This document shows, in pieces, positions 1-12,600 of a DNA stretch of 64,000 nt. The notes under the pieces were generated by a model that saw only the letters and a list, made by a program, of their open reading frames with translations, was not told where the DNA came from and searched no databases. Position 1 is the first letter of the stretch, and each line of letters starts with the position of its first letter. The DNA is from Chara braunii (Eukaryota > Plantae > Charophyceae). Made by a program: the position numbers and the translations under genes. The stretch is from NCBI GenBank assembly GCA_003427395.1, contig BFEA01000006.1:6776700-6840699 (forward strand), read 5' to 3'.

Positions 1-2496
1 GAATTGAGCGAGGTATCGTTTCCTTCCTTCCTGCCATGGCCAGTTCCAGCCATCTTCGCGCGCCCCCTTTCTCTCCTACCTCTATTCCCACTAACTTTCA
101 TCCAAACTAACTTCACACTCCTACTCGCCCGACCTTAAAACTTCCTACTACACTCCCTCGCCCTTCCAAATCTCGCCAGGAGTTCGTCGGAGCAAGTGCT
201 TCCTGACTCGCCATAGCTCATTTCCCGACATCATCACGCACCTCCTTTTCTACTAGACTCCTAAACTACTAACTTATCGCCAATTTCTGAGCCCGGATTT
301 GGGGTCGCCACTCTTCAAAACCCCCGAATCGACTCCTTCCCCGCTCGATTCCGTTCGGAAACGAGCGAGATACTCATCCCCCCCTCTTTTCTCCCTCGTC
401 ACTCCTACCATAGCTCCTCGCTATCATTTTTCTACTAACTTCTCTATCTACTAACTATCACCTAAAACTAACTTCATAGTCGAGGTCGCTCGCCCCTAGG
501 CCCCCTAGGTAGCACTTTTCCCCACCTGCTTCTATCAAGAATCGGGTCTGGTAGTGTTCTTCCTTTTCGCCATGCCCGCTCCTCTCATCTCCAACTTCGA
601 AAGCACCCGGCGCGGATTCGCGCCAGGTTCATTTCGACTTTGCTGCCCGCCCGCCCGTCGTTGCTCCTTCGTTGATCGGCGCCTTAGCGCAGTGGCCTAC
701 CCGACAGCGCAAGCCAGCCCGAGGGGAGCTTCGGAGGGGACCGGCTCTCTCCCATTCGGTCACCCGTTCGGCCATATGCCTAAGCCCGACAACGACCGGC
801 TTGGCAGTACCGGCCACAACTCCGCCACAACCTGTTTCATTTCCGCACGAACCCTGTCGGGATCATGTCCGAGTTCGTTCCCCGTTTCTTCTCTCCCTCT
901 TGCTCTCTGATTGCTCCGCCCCACTTCTCTCTACCTTCGTCCTCTGTCCGTTTCGCCTTGCACTGCCCGTTGCTGCTAGCACAGCCCGGCAGGACCTGCC
1001 GCTCCGCTTACTTGTGCCAACTCCGGCACCAGAGTTGCGCTATCCACTTTAGCCTGGCCCCTGCTACCGGTCTCCGATGTTACCAGCTGGCCCTTTCGGC
1101 CGATCAAGGCAGTCTGGTCCCGATGATACCGGCCAACCCCCGCGCTCATACCTTAGCGCATGCTTGTCCCTGTTGCCTTGCCTCGCCCGCTATTGTTAAC
1201 ACGACGCTCAGCTGTCACGGTGACCCGGTCCCACTTACCAGACAGTCCACAGCGACCGGCGTAGCTTAGCTTCCTTGGCGGCGCCTCTGAGGTAAAGCGG
1301 CCGCCGGAGGGTCTATACTGTGCACTACCTTGTATACCCCACTGGGCGCTTGCTGGCACAGATAGCCGGACGACGGCCAAAGAAAGTCGCACCCCGCTAA
1401 GGGAGTGTGGGCTAACTTACCTACAGAACCGGCCACCCCTAAGATGGATGGTGCTGAGGCGCACGGCCTCTGCCCGGCTGTTTTGTCCTAGGCTGCCCCA
1501 CCCAGGCTACTCTCCGGGTCCCAACGGACATGCTCACACTCAAACCCCCCCTCAGCAGACTTGCGGCTGGTGGGCGGTACGCCCGCAAATGACCCGCGCC
1601 ACTCAAGTTTCTTTCGTCTCGGCACTAGTCACCCGCCGGCCTACATGCACGTCGAACTCCTCGGTCCGTGTTTCAGGACGGACAAGGTCGCGGAATTTCG
1701 GCAGTATCCCTCACGCGAGGGAATGCGTAGGTCAAAACATAAAGGCGCGCGCCTGAGGTCCTCGACCGCCGTGACGACCCCCAAATCCAGCGTCACTTCT
1801 GAGTCAAAGAACGCCGGAGCAGAATAACAATACGACAGTAAATAAAAGTATTTAGGAATTTTTATTCGTAAAAAAATGACGAACGAGGAAAAGGAAACAC
1901 TAGTACCGCTCTGACGCCTCCAGCGGTAGAACCAAGGGGGATAGCCCCGCCGGGCCCTCGACTCCTTGGTCCACTCACACTACTCTGATACTCCCGTGCC
2001 GTCGCCGCTCGATCTCGATCCCTTAATCTATTTGATGAAAGTCCGACGCCACAACCACTGGTGCTAGGGCCAAATCTGGGTTTACCTCTGATGGATGTCG
2101 AAATAAACGGGCACTGCACGGCGCGCTGACCTACTGAAACGACTTCAGGGCCTCCTTATTGTCGATGTCGTTCTCCGCGCGTGTGTAGAGGACACAGGCA
2201 AGTACATAAATCCCTGCGACATAATCTTTTTAATCCTAACTTAATCAGAAAATAAAAAAAATAAAAAATTCTAGCCGGCGACCACGCCGACTCTTCAATC
2301 ATCAAAAAAATAAAACTTCACGAGCGCCTCAAAATACGCGCGCCCACACACCCTTTCCTCTAATAAGCTATTCAATCAACGTAAACCATAGAAGCAGCCG
2401 CACCTCGCGCGGAATATTTAAACTTTAAACCAAACCTATTTTCTGTCGCATGCAAAAAACAGGGCGAATACCCTCGTAAGGGTATTTGCACCGGCA
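1..2496 (+). mobile_element. 5' LTR (family A) of a Ty3/gypsy retrotransposon; left end outside the window
   Basis: Ends in AATACCCTCGTAAGGGTATT (2467-2486) + TGCACCGGCA, the terminus shared with other LTR copies; directly followed by gag-pol; colinear patchy similarity to 46150-48267. Confidence 0.7.
1285..1685. pseudogene. Degenerate cytosolic LSU (25S/28S) rRNA mosaic inside LTR A
   Basis: Sense piece GAAAGTCGCACCCCGCTAAGGGAGTGTG...GATGGATGGTGCTGAGGCG resembles 25S GGAAGTCGAAATCCGCTAAGGAGTGTG...ATGGATGGCGCTGAAGCG. Antisense pieces CGGGTCCCAACGGACATGCTCACACTCAAACC and GAACTCCTCGGTCCGTGTTTCAGGACGG resemble reverse-complement 25S. Confidence 0.7.
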
Positions 2497-2498
2497 AC

Positions 2499-2945
2499 GT
2501 GGTAGGTAAGGTTGAGTACCGAGGAAGGCTAGAGGTCCCTAGGGCGGCTCACGGCCGGACCTGGGAGATTCCGGTTTGGGCGTACCGGTTGCTCTACCCC
2601 GACGACGCAGTTGTGAGGAAGGTCCCGAATAGAGGACAAATCATTGAAAAGTTTCCCCTAGGGGAGGAGAAGGGACACGAGTTATTCACCCAGTGTTGGG
2701 AGTCGCAAGAGCATACGGACTTCGAGTGGTGGGCATTAGTAGGGGAGTTCATTAAGTCTATGTTTAGAGGACAGGCCGGAGAGGTAGATGGAGGACTGAT
2801 TAGATGGTGTTCTCAAGAAGGGATTAGGGGCATTTCCGATCTAGAGATTGCCAACCTAGCGCTAGCTGCTTGCGAAGAGAAAAGAGTACGCGACTCTTGG
2901 TGGACCGTGACTAGCGAAGAGTCCGAAGGTGATAGTAAGGAATAA
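2499..2945 (+). pseudogene. Extra 5' ORF or N-terminal extension of the Gypsy element, unknown function
   Basis: 148-codon complex ORF starting at the LTR boundary and running into a stop-interrupted Glu/Ser-rich tract; no ATG start. Confidence 0.35.
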
Positions 2946-3159
2946 GAATCAAGTGAGGGGGAGGAAAGCTCGTAAGAAAGTAACGAGGCGGAAGGACAAG
3001 GGAGTGACTCTAGCAAGGAAAGCAACTAGAGATTGGTGATAGGGTGCATGAAAAGCGTGGAGGAGCACGAAATTGTCCGATCACCTAAGACCACTGACAT
3101 GGGGCGGACCGAGGAGGATACCGAGTTAGGGGGCGAGATTAAGCAAGTCAGCCGAAGGA

Positions 3160-4740
3160 GTGACCGAGGGGATGGAGGCTATTGGTAGGGCCTTGAAGAG
3201 CACGGAGGCACCCCTCGGAGAGAGAACTACGAAACTGCGAGCGAATTTCGAGGAGCGGTTGCACCGGGAAATGGAGCCGCGAATACCAGTAAGAGAAAGG
3301 ATGGCAGAAGCCACGAGGGGCTTCCCGATCGAAACCCGATGGGCGGGGCAAGTAGACACAGAAGAGAGAGTCGGCGAGGGGCAGGAGTTCCCTCATGATA
3401 GGGCTGGGTGCTGGGCACCGAGGAGGGGCGAAGAAGGGAGCCTAAGGAGGAGGGAACTGGGAGACGAACGACCAACAGAAATTGGGGGAGGACCACGAAG
3501 ATGGGTCGGGAGAGAGACCGGCTCCACGTGGGTACAAGAGGAAGCGGTAGGAAGGAATATAAGAGGATTCGGGGATGTATGGAGGGGGTTTAGGGGTCAA
3601 GAAACCATGCGTTGGGAACGCGAAGACCCGGGTGATAGAGGCCGCCGTGAGGAGGAACCATGGGGGCCTCCGAGGGCTCGACCTCGGATGGAAGATTTAG
3701 ACCTAACTTGGTACAAACCTTACGATCCAGCGATAGATGGGCCGACGGAAGGTCCTTACTTCCGTCGATACGACGACCGACGAGTCCCCTACTACGATGT
3801 GAACCTGGGAATGGAGTAGCTCTACTTTAACGGAAGGGACGTGACCGGGTTCGTAGAGAAATGAGAGAGTTACGCCTGCCGGAAAAAGTTTTCGGAGAAA
3901 TAATGGATCGACCACTTTATACAACATTCGGACTCGGAACTGGATCAGGCCATTAGGGCAATATACCTGGCAGATGGGAGGTGGAAAACCTTCAAGAGCA
4001 ACTTATTGCGGATCTTCACATGTGACGATCTGATCCCCACAATAGAAGGGTTGCGTCGGGTCACGAGAGGGGAGCAAGAGAGTCTGGTGGCATTTACCCG
4101 AAGATTCAAACGTTTGTCGCAAGCTTTGGTGGATAGAGGGATGCTCTCGGAAGTAGACAGGTGTGTAATGTTCATGTTGCACCTGCCTGAAGAAAAGAGG
4201 AAGGAGGTTTTCGAGGGGGCCCCTAGAGACTCTGCGAATTTCAAAAGAGTCGCCGAGGTGGTCTTTACGGGAGGAGGAGTGGACGTGCGAGAGTACATGA
4301 AGGAGAGTCTGGACATGGCACTCCGGAGTATACGTACTCAAAGAAAGGACGTTCCTCGCAGGAACGAAAGGCAACCTCCTGGGCCTCCCGACCAACGCTG
4401 GGGAGGAGGACCCACGGGTTGGAGGAACGAACCCGGTAACCAAGGGAACTGGAGAAACGACTGAGAAGCTGGAGGGAATCGGATCTCGGAATGGGGGAAT
4501 TCCCGTTAGAAGGATGTGAGGGATGGAAGATGGGAAGACCCTCCCCAACCTAGGGCCGTGGGGACTCGTCCTGAGGTACGTCAGGCTAGAGCGCCGCTGC
4601 CGCCCGACCCTTCAACGACCATGGGGGCGGCACCTCAAGTGGCCCCTCGCCCTACAATCTGCCGCCTCGAAGCAGGAATGTCTATTGCAATGAAGATGAT
4701 CACATCAAGCGGGAGTGCCCTCACCTTACAGAAGCCTTAA
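3160..4740 (+). pseudogene. gag: Gypsy gag region (frameshifts and stops) with degenerate zinc knuckle
   Basis: Gag-like helical segment (GEQESLVAFTRRFKRL); at ~4675-4722 the frame reads NVYCNEDDHIKREC, a CX2CX4HX4C knuckle lacking the first Cys. Confidence 0.65.
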
Positions 4741-4748
4741 GGTTAGGG

Positions 4749-5830
4749 GTGGTAAAATTGAATGAGAATAAGTGGGTTGTTTGGGGGGATGATGGAGAGG
4801 CGGTCTCCTTCTATCCCTCGATGAAGGTAAATGTGAACAAAAGGATAGCCCTTCAAGAGGCAAGATTGGGGAAGAAGCCTGAGGTTGGTGGGACCTTCAA
4901 CTCATCCCGCGTCCAAATGACGGAGGCACCGGGAGGCGTGTTCATAAGGGAGCCGCAGGTGTCTAGCATCAAATTCGTTGAGACCAAGCCTGAAGAAGAG
5001 GGACCGTGCCTAAGAGTAAGGACCCAAGTTGGGGTCGGGCCGTCTAAGAGCAAGGAGATTGCAACAAAAGGCGGAGGGAGAAGGAGCGGCGACGACGACC
5101 AACCAATGATCGACGCCAAAGTCACGGAAGAGAGGAAGGGGAAAGAGTCCACGTCACCTAAATCACCTAGGAAGAAAGGACCAAAGAAGTTCGAGATGAA
5201 GTGCACCTTGGACGAGATAGACACGGTTGCTCCCCTTCGGAGGACTCTAATGCAGCCAGTGCAGTGCACTCTTCTGGAGTACTTAGCGGCAAGCAAGAGC
5301 GCTAGGGACGAGCTCCTGAGCATCACTAAAAAAATGAGAATTCCGCTCGCAGGAGGGCCAACCATTCCTGGGGATGGACCCACCAAGGAAGAGGTGCAGT
5401 CCTCTCGGATCAAGATGAAAGAACTGCCAATGAGTTTCTTCTTGGAGGAAGAGGCCAAAACATTCTATGTATTGGGGAGCGGCCAACTCCAAGTTGTAGT
5501 GAGTGGGAAAAAGATGAGGGCCTTAGTAGACAACGGGTCCGAATCTACCGTATGTCGAGACTCCATTGCGAGGGAGCTGGGATTAGAAGTGGATAGGTAT
5601 CCATGTCCATGGTAGATGCGGACAACAAGCTCCAACCGGCGGAAGGGGTATGTCACAACCACTTGATTGAGGTCGCGGGAGTGCAAGCTACGGTTTTGAT
5701 TTTCTCGGTGAAGGAGTGTTCTTCCGAGTTGATCCTCGGGAGAACTTGGTTGAGCGTGGTCCACGCTACCACGATCGACCTTCCGGACGGAAGTCGGACC
5801 CTAAAGACTGTGGATGCTCAAGATGAGTGA
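4749..5830 (+). pseudogene. Gypsy aspartic protease region
   Basis: Catalytic motif ALVDNGSES; LILGRTWL in the frameshifted continuation 5603-5830. Confidence 0.8.
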
Positions 5831-6216
5831 AACTGGACCAGTATTCCGAGAAGAAGGGATACCCAGTCACGAGTATGCCGGGTCCAACTAGAAGAATCCA
5901 CCTTCGTCGGGAAGGAACCCCCGAGGGACCGGGTAGATGTCGAGGATGTTGGGGACCGAATTATAATCAATGGGGTAGGGTACGAGAAAGAGGACGAAGA
6001 GGAAGAATTTGATGGGTGCGTAAGGCGGTCCTTTTTGGAGGAATCCCTCTAGCCGACGGAATTAAGAAGCATAAAACCATGGCGGAGAAATTGAAGCCCG
6101 TTGCGGTCAGCCGGGATAGAACGGGGGAATCGATATCGGAAGAGGAGATAGCCGAGATCATCCGGAAATGAAAAGAGATTGAGGGACAGCAAATTACAGC
6201 CGATAGACTAGCGAAA

Positions 6217-7700
6217 ATGGACATAGGAGATGAAAACCTCGCGGACAAAGAGAAGGAATACGTGGCGATGACCCTAAGGGATTGCGATAAGGCCACTACG
6301 TTCGATGATTCGGAGAGGGGGAGGATCGATCCGAGATACGCTAAGCCCGCTCGGATCCATACAGTCCCTCACGTACCTTGGAAAGATAGACTCTCATGAA
6401 AGTATGCGCAAAAAGAGAAGGGAGAGATTATGGCCTTCATTAAAGAGAAGATAGGAACGTTTGTTGCGGAACCTTGTGAGAGCGTCTACTCCAACAAGTG
6501 GTTCTTTCTGAGAAAAGGGGGTAGCAATAAATTGAGGTGGATCCAGAATCTCCAAAGGAGCAACGTGGTCACCATACGAGATGTGGGGTCTATACCCGAG
6601 GCGGATCTACTCGCGGAAGGGTTGGCTGGTCGCTCGATCTACTCGATCTGCGATCTTTTCTCGGGCTATAATGAGATCCCATTGGACTATAGGGATAGAC
6701 ATATGACCGCGATGCACACACCTCCAAGGCTGGTTCAAATGATGGTGGTACCGATGGGGTGGACGAACGGGGTAGCGGTGTTCCTAAGAGTCGTGATCGA
6801 GGTCCTCAAGGAGTTCATACCGGATGAGGTAGAGGTCTTCCTTGACGACTTCCCTATAAAGGGACCGGTCCAAAATGATGAAACGGAGGTCTTCCACGGA
6901 GTAAGAAAGTTTGTGGTGGATCACATGATAGACGTAAGAGAGGTCCTCGCAAAATTAGATGACGCCAACCTTACCGTGAGTGGGATTAAGAGTCGTTGGG
7001 GAGTGTCGTCGATGAAAATATTGGGCTTCATCTGTGACAAGGATGGGTGGAGGCCCGATCCCGCGAAACTAGAAAAACTGATGACATGGTCGTCGCCGCT
7101 GAAGTCGATCACGGAGGTGAGGCAGTTTCTAGGGGTGTTGGGCTACTGGAGGATATTCATAAAAGGCTACAGCGAGAAGGCGGAACCTCTAAGGCGACTG
7201 CTTAGGAAAGTTGAGGGATGGGTCTGGGGAGAACAGCGGGTCGAGGCCATGGAAGCCCTTAAGGGACGAATTCCGGGAGGGGGGGCAAGTCCTAGGCGTT
7301 CCGTTCTTCGAGGACAAGGAGAACCGCCCGTTTATAGTATCTACAAATGCGGGGCCGTACTCCGTAGGGGGACTTCTATCGCAAAAGGATGGAGACGGGA
7401 AAGAAATACCCCCCCGTTTTGAGAGTCGCGCCTTAAATCCCGCCGATAGGAACTATAGCCAATTCAAGTAAAAAGTGTTGGGGGTGTTGCACGGCCCAAA
7501 GACCTTCCTCCACTACATCTACGGGAGGTGTTTCCTCCTAAGACTGGACCCAACCGCGATTGCAGCTGTCCTTCGCTAACCGACCAGACTATCGCTAGGT
7601 GGATGATCCATATCAGGTTCTACGATTATAGGGTCGAGAGGATCTCAGGGGCCCAAAAATCAGGTCGCCGACGGATTGTCCCGACTCCCCATCCGGGTAG
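6217..7700 (+). pseudogene. pol: Gypsy reverse transcriptase / RNase H (disrupted)
   Basis: RT motifs CDLFSGY, VPMGWTNG, FLDD, VRQFLG; RNase H-like FIVSTNAG...GGLLSQ...FESR...RNYS in a shifted frame. Confidence 0.9.
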
Positions 7701-9105
7701 AGGATTATCTGAGATTGGAGGAAACAAGGGTAGCAATGTCCAAGGAGGAGATAATCCAAGTAGCCGCTAACGAGGCGCAAGTGGGGGTGACCATCCAAGG
7801 GAGAGATAGAAGCCCTGGGACGTTCCTCGCTAACCTTTACGACGGGAAGTTCCGAGATATAGGGTTATACCTAGCGGGACAGGAAGAAGGAACCGAAGCA
7901 GTCAAGAAAGAGGCGCTCGGGTATTGCCTACGAGGAGGACACCTCTTTAAGAGGCCCACCAAGTTCGCAATTCCCATGAGGGTCCTTTGCGACCCGAAAG
8001 AGAGGAAAGCGGTCATAGAGGAATTACACGACGGGGTCATCAGCGGACACCGGGGAGTAAAAGGGACGTTCGATAAGGTTCGGCGGCTTTATTGGTGGGA
8101 TGGACAATATGGGGAGGTCGAAAGATACTATTCAACCTGTGAAGCCTGCCAAAAGAGGGGGACGGTTCATTATAAGGAGCCCCTTGTTCCTTCACTCCCC
8201 ACCGTGCCGGGCGAGAAGGTCCATATTGACTTAATAACCATGCCTAAAAGAGTAGGCGGACTTCGATACATCATCAATGCCCGCGATGACCTCACCGGGT
8301 TCGTAGAAGCTAAGGCCATCAAGAAAAAGACAGTGGAGGAAGTGAGCGATTTTCTCCTAGAATACATCGCGAGGTACGGGTGTGTCGGGAAGATAGTCAT
8401 GGATAGGGGGTCCGAGTTCCAAAGTCTAAAGGTCAAGGCGATATTGGAGAGGGCAGGGATTAAGGCGGCCTACACGACCGCTTATCACCCCCAAAGCAAT
8501 GCTCCGGTCGAAAGAGGTCACCAGACGCTCGTGGAGGCCTTGGCTAAGTGGTGCAAGGGACGTGAGGAACAATGGCCAAAGTATTTGCGCTACGCAGTTT
8601 GGGCCAACAACATCACGGTCAAATCAAGTTTGGGGTACCCCCCTTACACCCTTTGGTTCAGTAAACACTGCCCCCTGCCCATCGAATTCCACGTCAACAC
8701 TTGGACGAGTGTCATGTAGAAGACCAACATGACCAGAGGCGAGTTAGGTGGGACAAGAATTTGCGGGTCCGACAAAACTCGATAGGGACTAGTGACTTCG
8801 TATTGATGTACGATTCGTCGCTAGAGAAGACTTGGATTAGAAAGTTAGCCAACCGGTCGATGGGGCCGAACCGGGTCCAAAAAAGATTGGATGGGGGAGC
8901 ATATGTCCTTGCCGAATTAGACGGGACCAAGTTACGGGATCCTATCGCGGGGGTTCGCCTCAAACTTTTCCGATGGAGAGGGACTCTTAGAGAGGAACCA
9001 AAAAGGAAAGGGAAGGAAGCGGTCGACGCAGAGGTGACCATCAACTACGAAAAGGGAGAAACTTCGAAACAAGGGGCCTCTTCACGACCTCCTAAGAGAG
9101 GATAG
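7676..9105 (+). pseudogene. Gypsy integrase and C-terminal region
   Basis: HHCC zinc finger (LHDG..SGHRG...CEAC), DDE core (HIDL, MDRGSEF, VERGHQ), GPY/F-like MGPNRV. PR-RT-RH-INT order indicates Ty3/gypsy. Confidence 0.9.
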
Positions 9106-11666
9106 AGGGTTCGGAAACCTCCCCTGCCAAGGACCCCTAGAAGGAAGAAATGGCCAAGGGAAGATGATGGTGATACCGACCACTTAGGAAAGCGGAGGTT
9201 GAGAAAAAGGAGGAGCGCTTCAAGGAAAGCCTTGAGAGTCAAACGCGAGAGAGAAGAGAGGAAGCGAAAAAGAGAGAGGCGAGAAAGAAAGATGAGGAGG
9301 CGGAGACGGATATAGAAGCTTGTATCATAGTTCCAAAGGAAGAAAAATTATGAGAGGTACCATAGTTGGGAGAGAGATGTATCATAATTCCTAATGACGG
9401 AAGCTAAGGGGAGTTGAACCATAATTAGGCAATGACGTTTAGAAACTAAGAAGTTAAGTCATGTATCATGGTTCCGGGGAAGAGAAACTTATCAACGGAA
9501 AAAAAAAAGAGGGGAACGTAATCCAGAAAGAGATGGTAATGCTAACCGGGGGAAAAGAGAATACGCATAACGAGGATGCCAGGGGAAGAAAAGGGACCAT
9601 TAGGTGTGGGGAAAAGAGGGCGATGAGAAAGCTCGCCAAGGGCGGAGAGAGTTGGGGTGTGGGCTGGTTGTCGGGCGACTGCCTACCAGCCGAAGAACTT
9701 TCTTTTTGAAGTTGATGATTTTTCAAACCTTTCTTTTTTTGTTTTTGCCTGAGTTTGATGTATGCCTGCGTGTGATTGGGAGGTTTGTGGGTGATTCTGA
9801 GTTTCCAGGTTTTCGTACTAACCCTTCAATGGACTGAAGTGGCGGTTTGAACCACAGTCGCAAGCAGGCTCGCGCGGATCCCAAAAGTCGGAGTTTTCGA
9901 TGCCAAGATCAGGGAAACAGGAACTGACGGTGGACTGTTGGGCAAGACGAGAGGAAACCAGAAATAGGAGGACCTACAGGGAACTCGCGCTTCGACTATG
10001 AACTGCAGTCAAACTACTTCGGGACCTCCGGAGTTAGGGAAAGGTTGAGGCGCAGTGAGGTATTGGGTTCCTGATCTGCAAATAGGGGACTAACGCTGGG
10101 TGGGAGGGGGACACGTGACGGGCGATGGCCCTCGCGGAGGGATGCCTTGGGGTTGATATTACTCGGCGATCCGGCTCTGGTGCGACCACCTCGCTGACTC
10201 GGTACCTGTGAGGCCTCGGTACGACCGGTATATGGCCACGCTGACTAGCCCTAAGGCAAAATGACCGGAAGAGTACATTCGGGCTCCAAGCGGCCCCAAG
10301 AAGATGGTGATCTGTGTGCTCCGCCTTAATACGGTCGCCACGAAAACAGAGGATGGGTTTGTCACGCTCCGATCAAAGGGAAAAAAAATGGATGTCGGCT
10401 CTGTCGAAAGTGCGCGCGTGCACGAGTTCTTGATAACCGTCGAAGGAAGAAGTGCGCGAGCCGCCCTTTCTGTCAACCAACCCCTGTAGTGGAAGGGGCT
10501 CGTCCAAGAAAAATTGCATTCGCGGAATCACCAATCCGTCGGTAAAAGGGGGGATCGAGCTTTGAGGGCTACAGGCAACGGCCTTACGAGGAGGCGAGTG
10601 ACTGGGAAAGGTGGCGGCAAGAGCAAAGATGTGGAACAAGTTGAGAGGAAAGACCTGATTGAAGCAGAAAACGAGAAGAGGAATCATTGGGGCTAGTATT
10701 GGCAAGAGCACTCGGCTCCAATCCGAGAGACAGCAAAGGGGGGGATGCTATTGGAAGACAAGGGTACAAAGGTGGATAGGAAAAGAGTGAGCGGGAGCCG
10801 ATGAGGGGAGAGGAGGCAGAGGCGGGAGATGGAAAATTCGATCGAAAATTTCAATCTTGACAACATACTTGGCCAGGAGAGGAGGGTGGAAGGAAAAGAG
10901 AGAGAGGGGAGCGGAAAAAAGAGGAGGGAGACGAAACGACCGACCGAGAAGAGGCAAGGAGGGGCCCCACGAAGGAGATGAACATCTACCGTTAAGCGAG
11001 GGGAGCATTAGAGAATCAAAACGGTGGGGGGGGGGAGTATGCGAGGACGCGGTTCTTGATAACTGCCCAAAATGACACAAAGCAAGAGCTGGTGCGAGTC
11101 GCCGTGCACTAAGACCGGGGAATGGGCCAGGCGTGATCGCTATACAATCGGCGGGCGGGAGAGCTAACAGCACCAAGATCGATAAGCAAAGGCGCGGGGG
11201 CAAGTTGGGGAAGAAGGAGAGAGGGAGCTGGGCACGGACCAGAGAATAAGCGGGAAGTGGAAAAATGTTGAAAATTTTAAGGCGATCGGCGGGAAGTTGA
11301 AACTTTGATGAAACTAGCGGTGAGGGGAAACCGAGACGTGGGATTGGCGGAAACAGAAGAAGGGGAGGATCGACGAAGGGGGAGAGGGTTTAGTCACCTG
11401 TCCCCCAATCAATATCAATAGATGGGTAATCAACTCCCATACGGTCAGATCAGTGTTGATTGATATCATAGTACAGAATGTGAATTGACTTTGTTTTTTG
11501 TTCGGACTGTTCACGTATAGTCTCTAAGGATCCTACACAGACATATGTTGGTTTCCTGCGGATTATCCAATGTATATTGAAATTCATTCAATAAATAGGT
11601 TAGGACTTTCCCGCATATAGTGAAGTAATAAGGTCAGAGATTACTCGTCTGACACGGCAATGAGTT

Positions 11667-11705
11667 TACCACTTTCATCAGCGAACAACCGAACCCTTGG
11701 AACCT
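11667..11705 (-). pseudogene. Short organellar (mitochondrial-type) LSU rRNA fragment
   Basis: TACCACTTTCATCAGCGAACAACCGAACCCTTGGAACCT resembles the reverse complement of the plant mitochondrial rrn26 peptidyl-transferase region (recalled, not searched). Confidence 0.55.
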
Positions 11706-12065
11706 CGACCTTCCACCATTACTGATGGGGTAAGGCTATCTATTTTTATTGCAAATTATATGATCATTTTATTTGATTATCTCATTATTGATTATTATAT
11801 TATATTCTTATTTATTATTCTTGAATTTAAGAGTAATATAGAAAGAATATAATCATATAGGATATAGTATGATATAATGATATAATAGAATAATAGTATA
11901 AACAAGATGAAATATATTAAAGTATATTCAATCCATATTGAAGAATGAATAATAATTTCGTTTAAAGAATGATATATATATATATAATGTTAAATAATTA
12001 ATTATCTTAAATTATTGTAAATTATAAAAGGGAGGAGAGAGGGACTGGAAGGGGGGGGGGGGCGT

Positions 12066-12146
12066 CCGGGAGCGCACGGCTCGGTGGGACGTACATACCA
12101 GCGCCCGAGGAAACGCTCAACGCAGCGGGTGCGGGAAATGGAGAGA

Positions 12147-12177
<31 letters not shown>

Positions 12178-12268
12178 GGGGGGAGAGGGAGAAGAGGAGG
12201 GAGCGCACGGCTCCGTCGGACGTACGTACCAGTGCCTGAGGAAACGCTCAACACAGCGGGTGCGGGAA

Positions 12269-12332
<64 letters not shown>

Positions 12333-12600
12333 AGAGGGAGAAGAAGAGGGGGCGCACGGAGCGAGAGCACGTGCTGGGAGCACGCGCGGACGGACCTTCT
12401 GCGCACGCAGCAACTCGGGACTAGAGGCGCTCGACAGGTAGCGAGCGAAACAGAGGGAGAGAGAAGGGCGGAGTGTGCGGCCATACGGAAAGAGAGAGGA
12501 AGAGAGAGAGAACAGTGAGGGAGAGAAGAGAGAGGGAGGAAGAGAGGGAGAACAGAGAGAGAGAAGAGAAAGAGAGGGAGAGAATGAGAGTGAGGGAGAG
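12066..12600. repeat. (GA)n microsatellites embedded in a duplicated GAGCGCACGG...GCGGGTGCGGGAAA unit
   Basis: Visible duplicated unit at ~12068 and ~12200, each followed by GA tracts. Confidence 0.85.
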
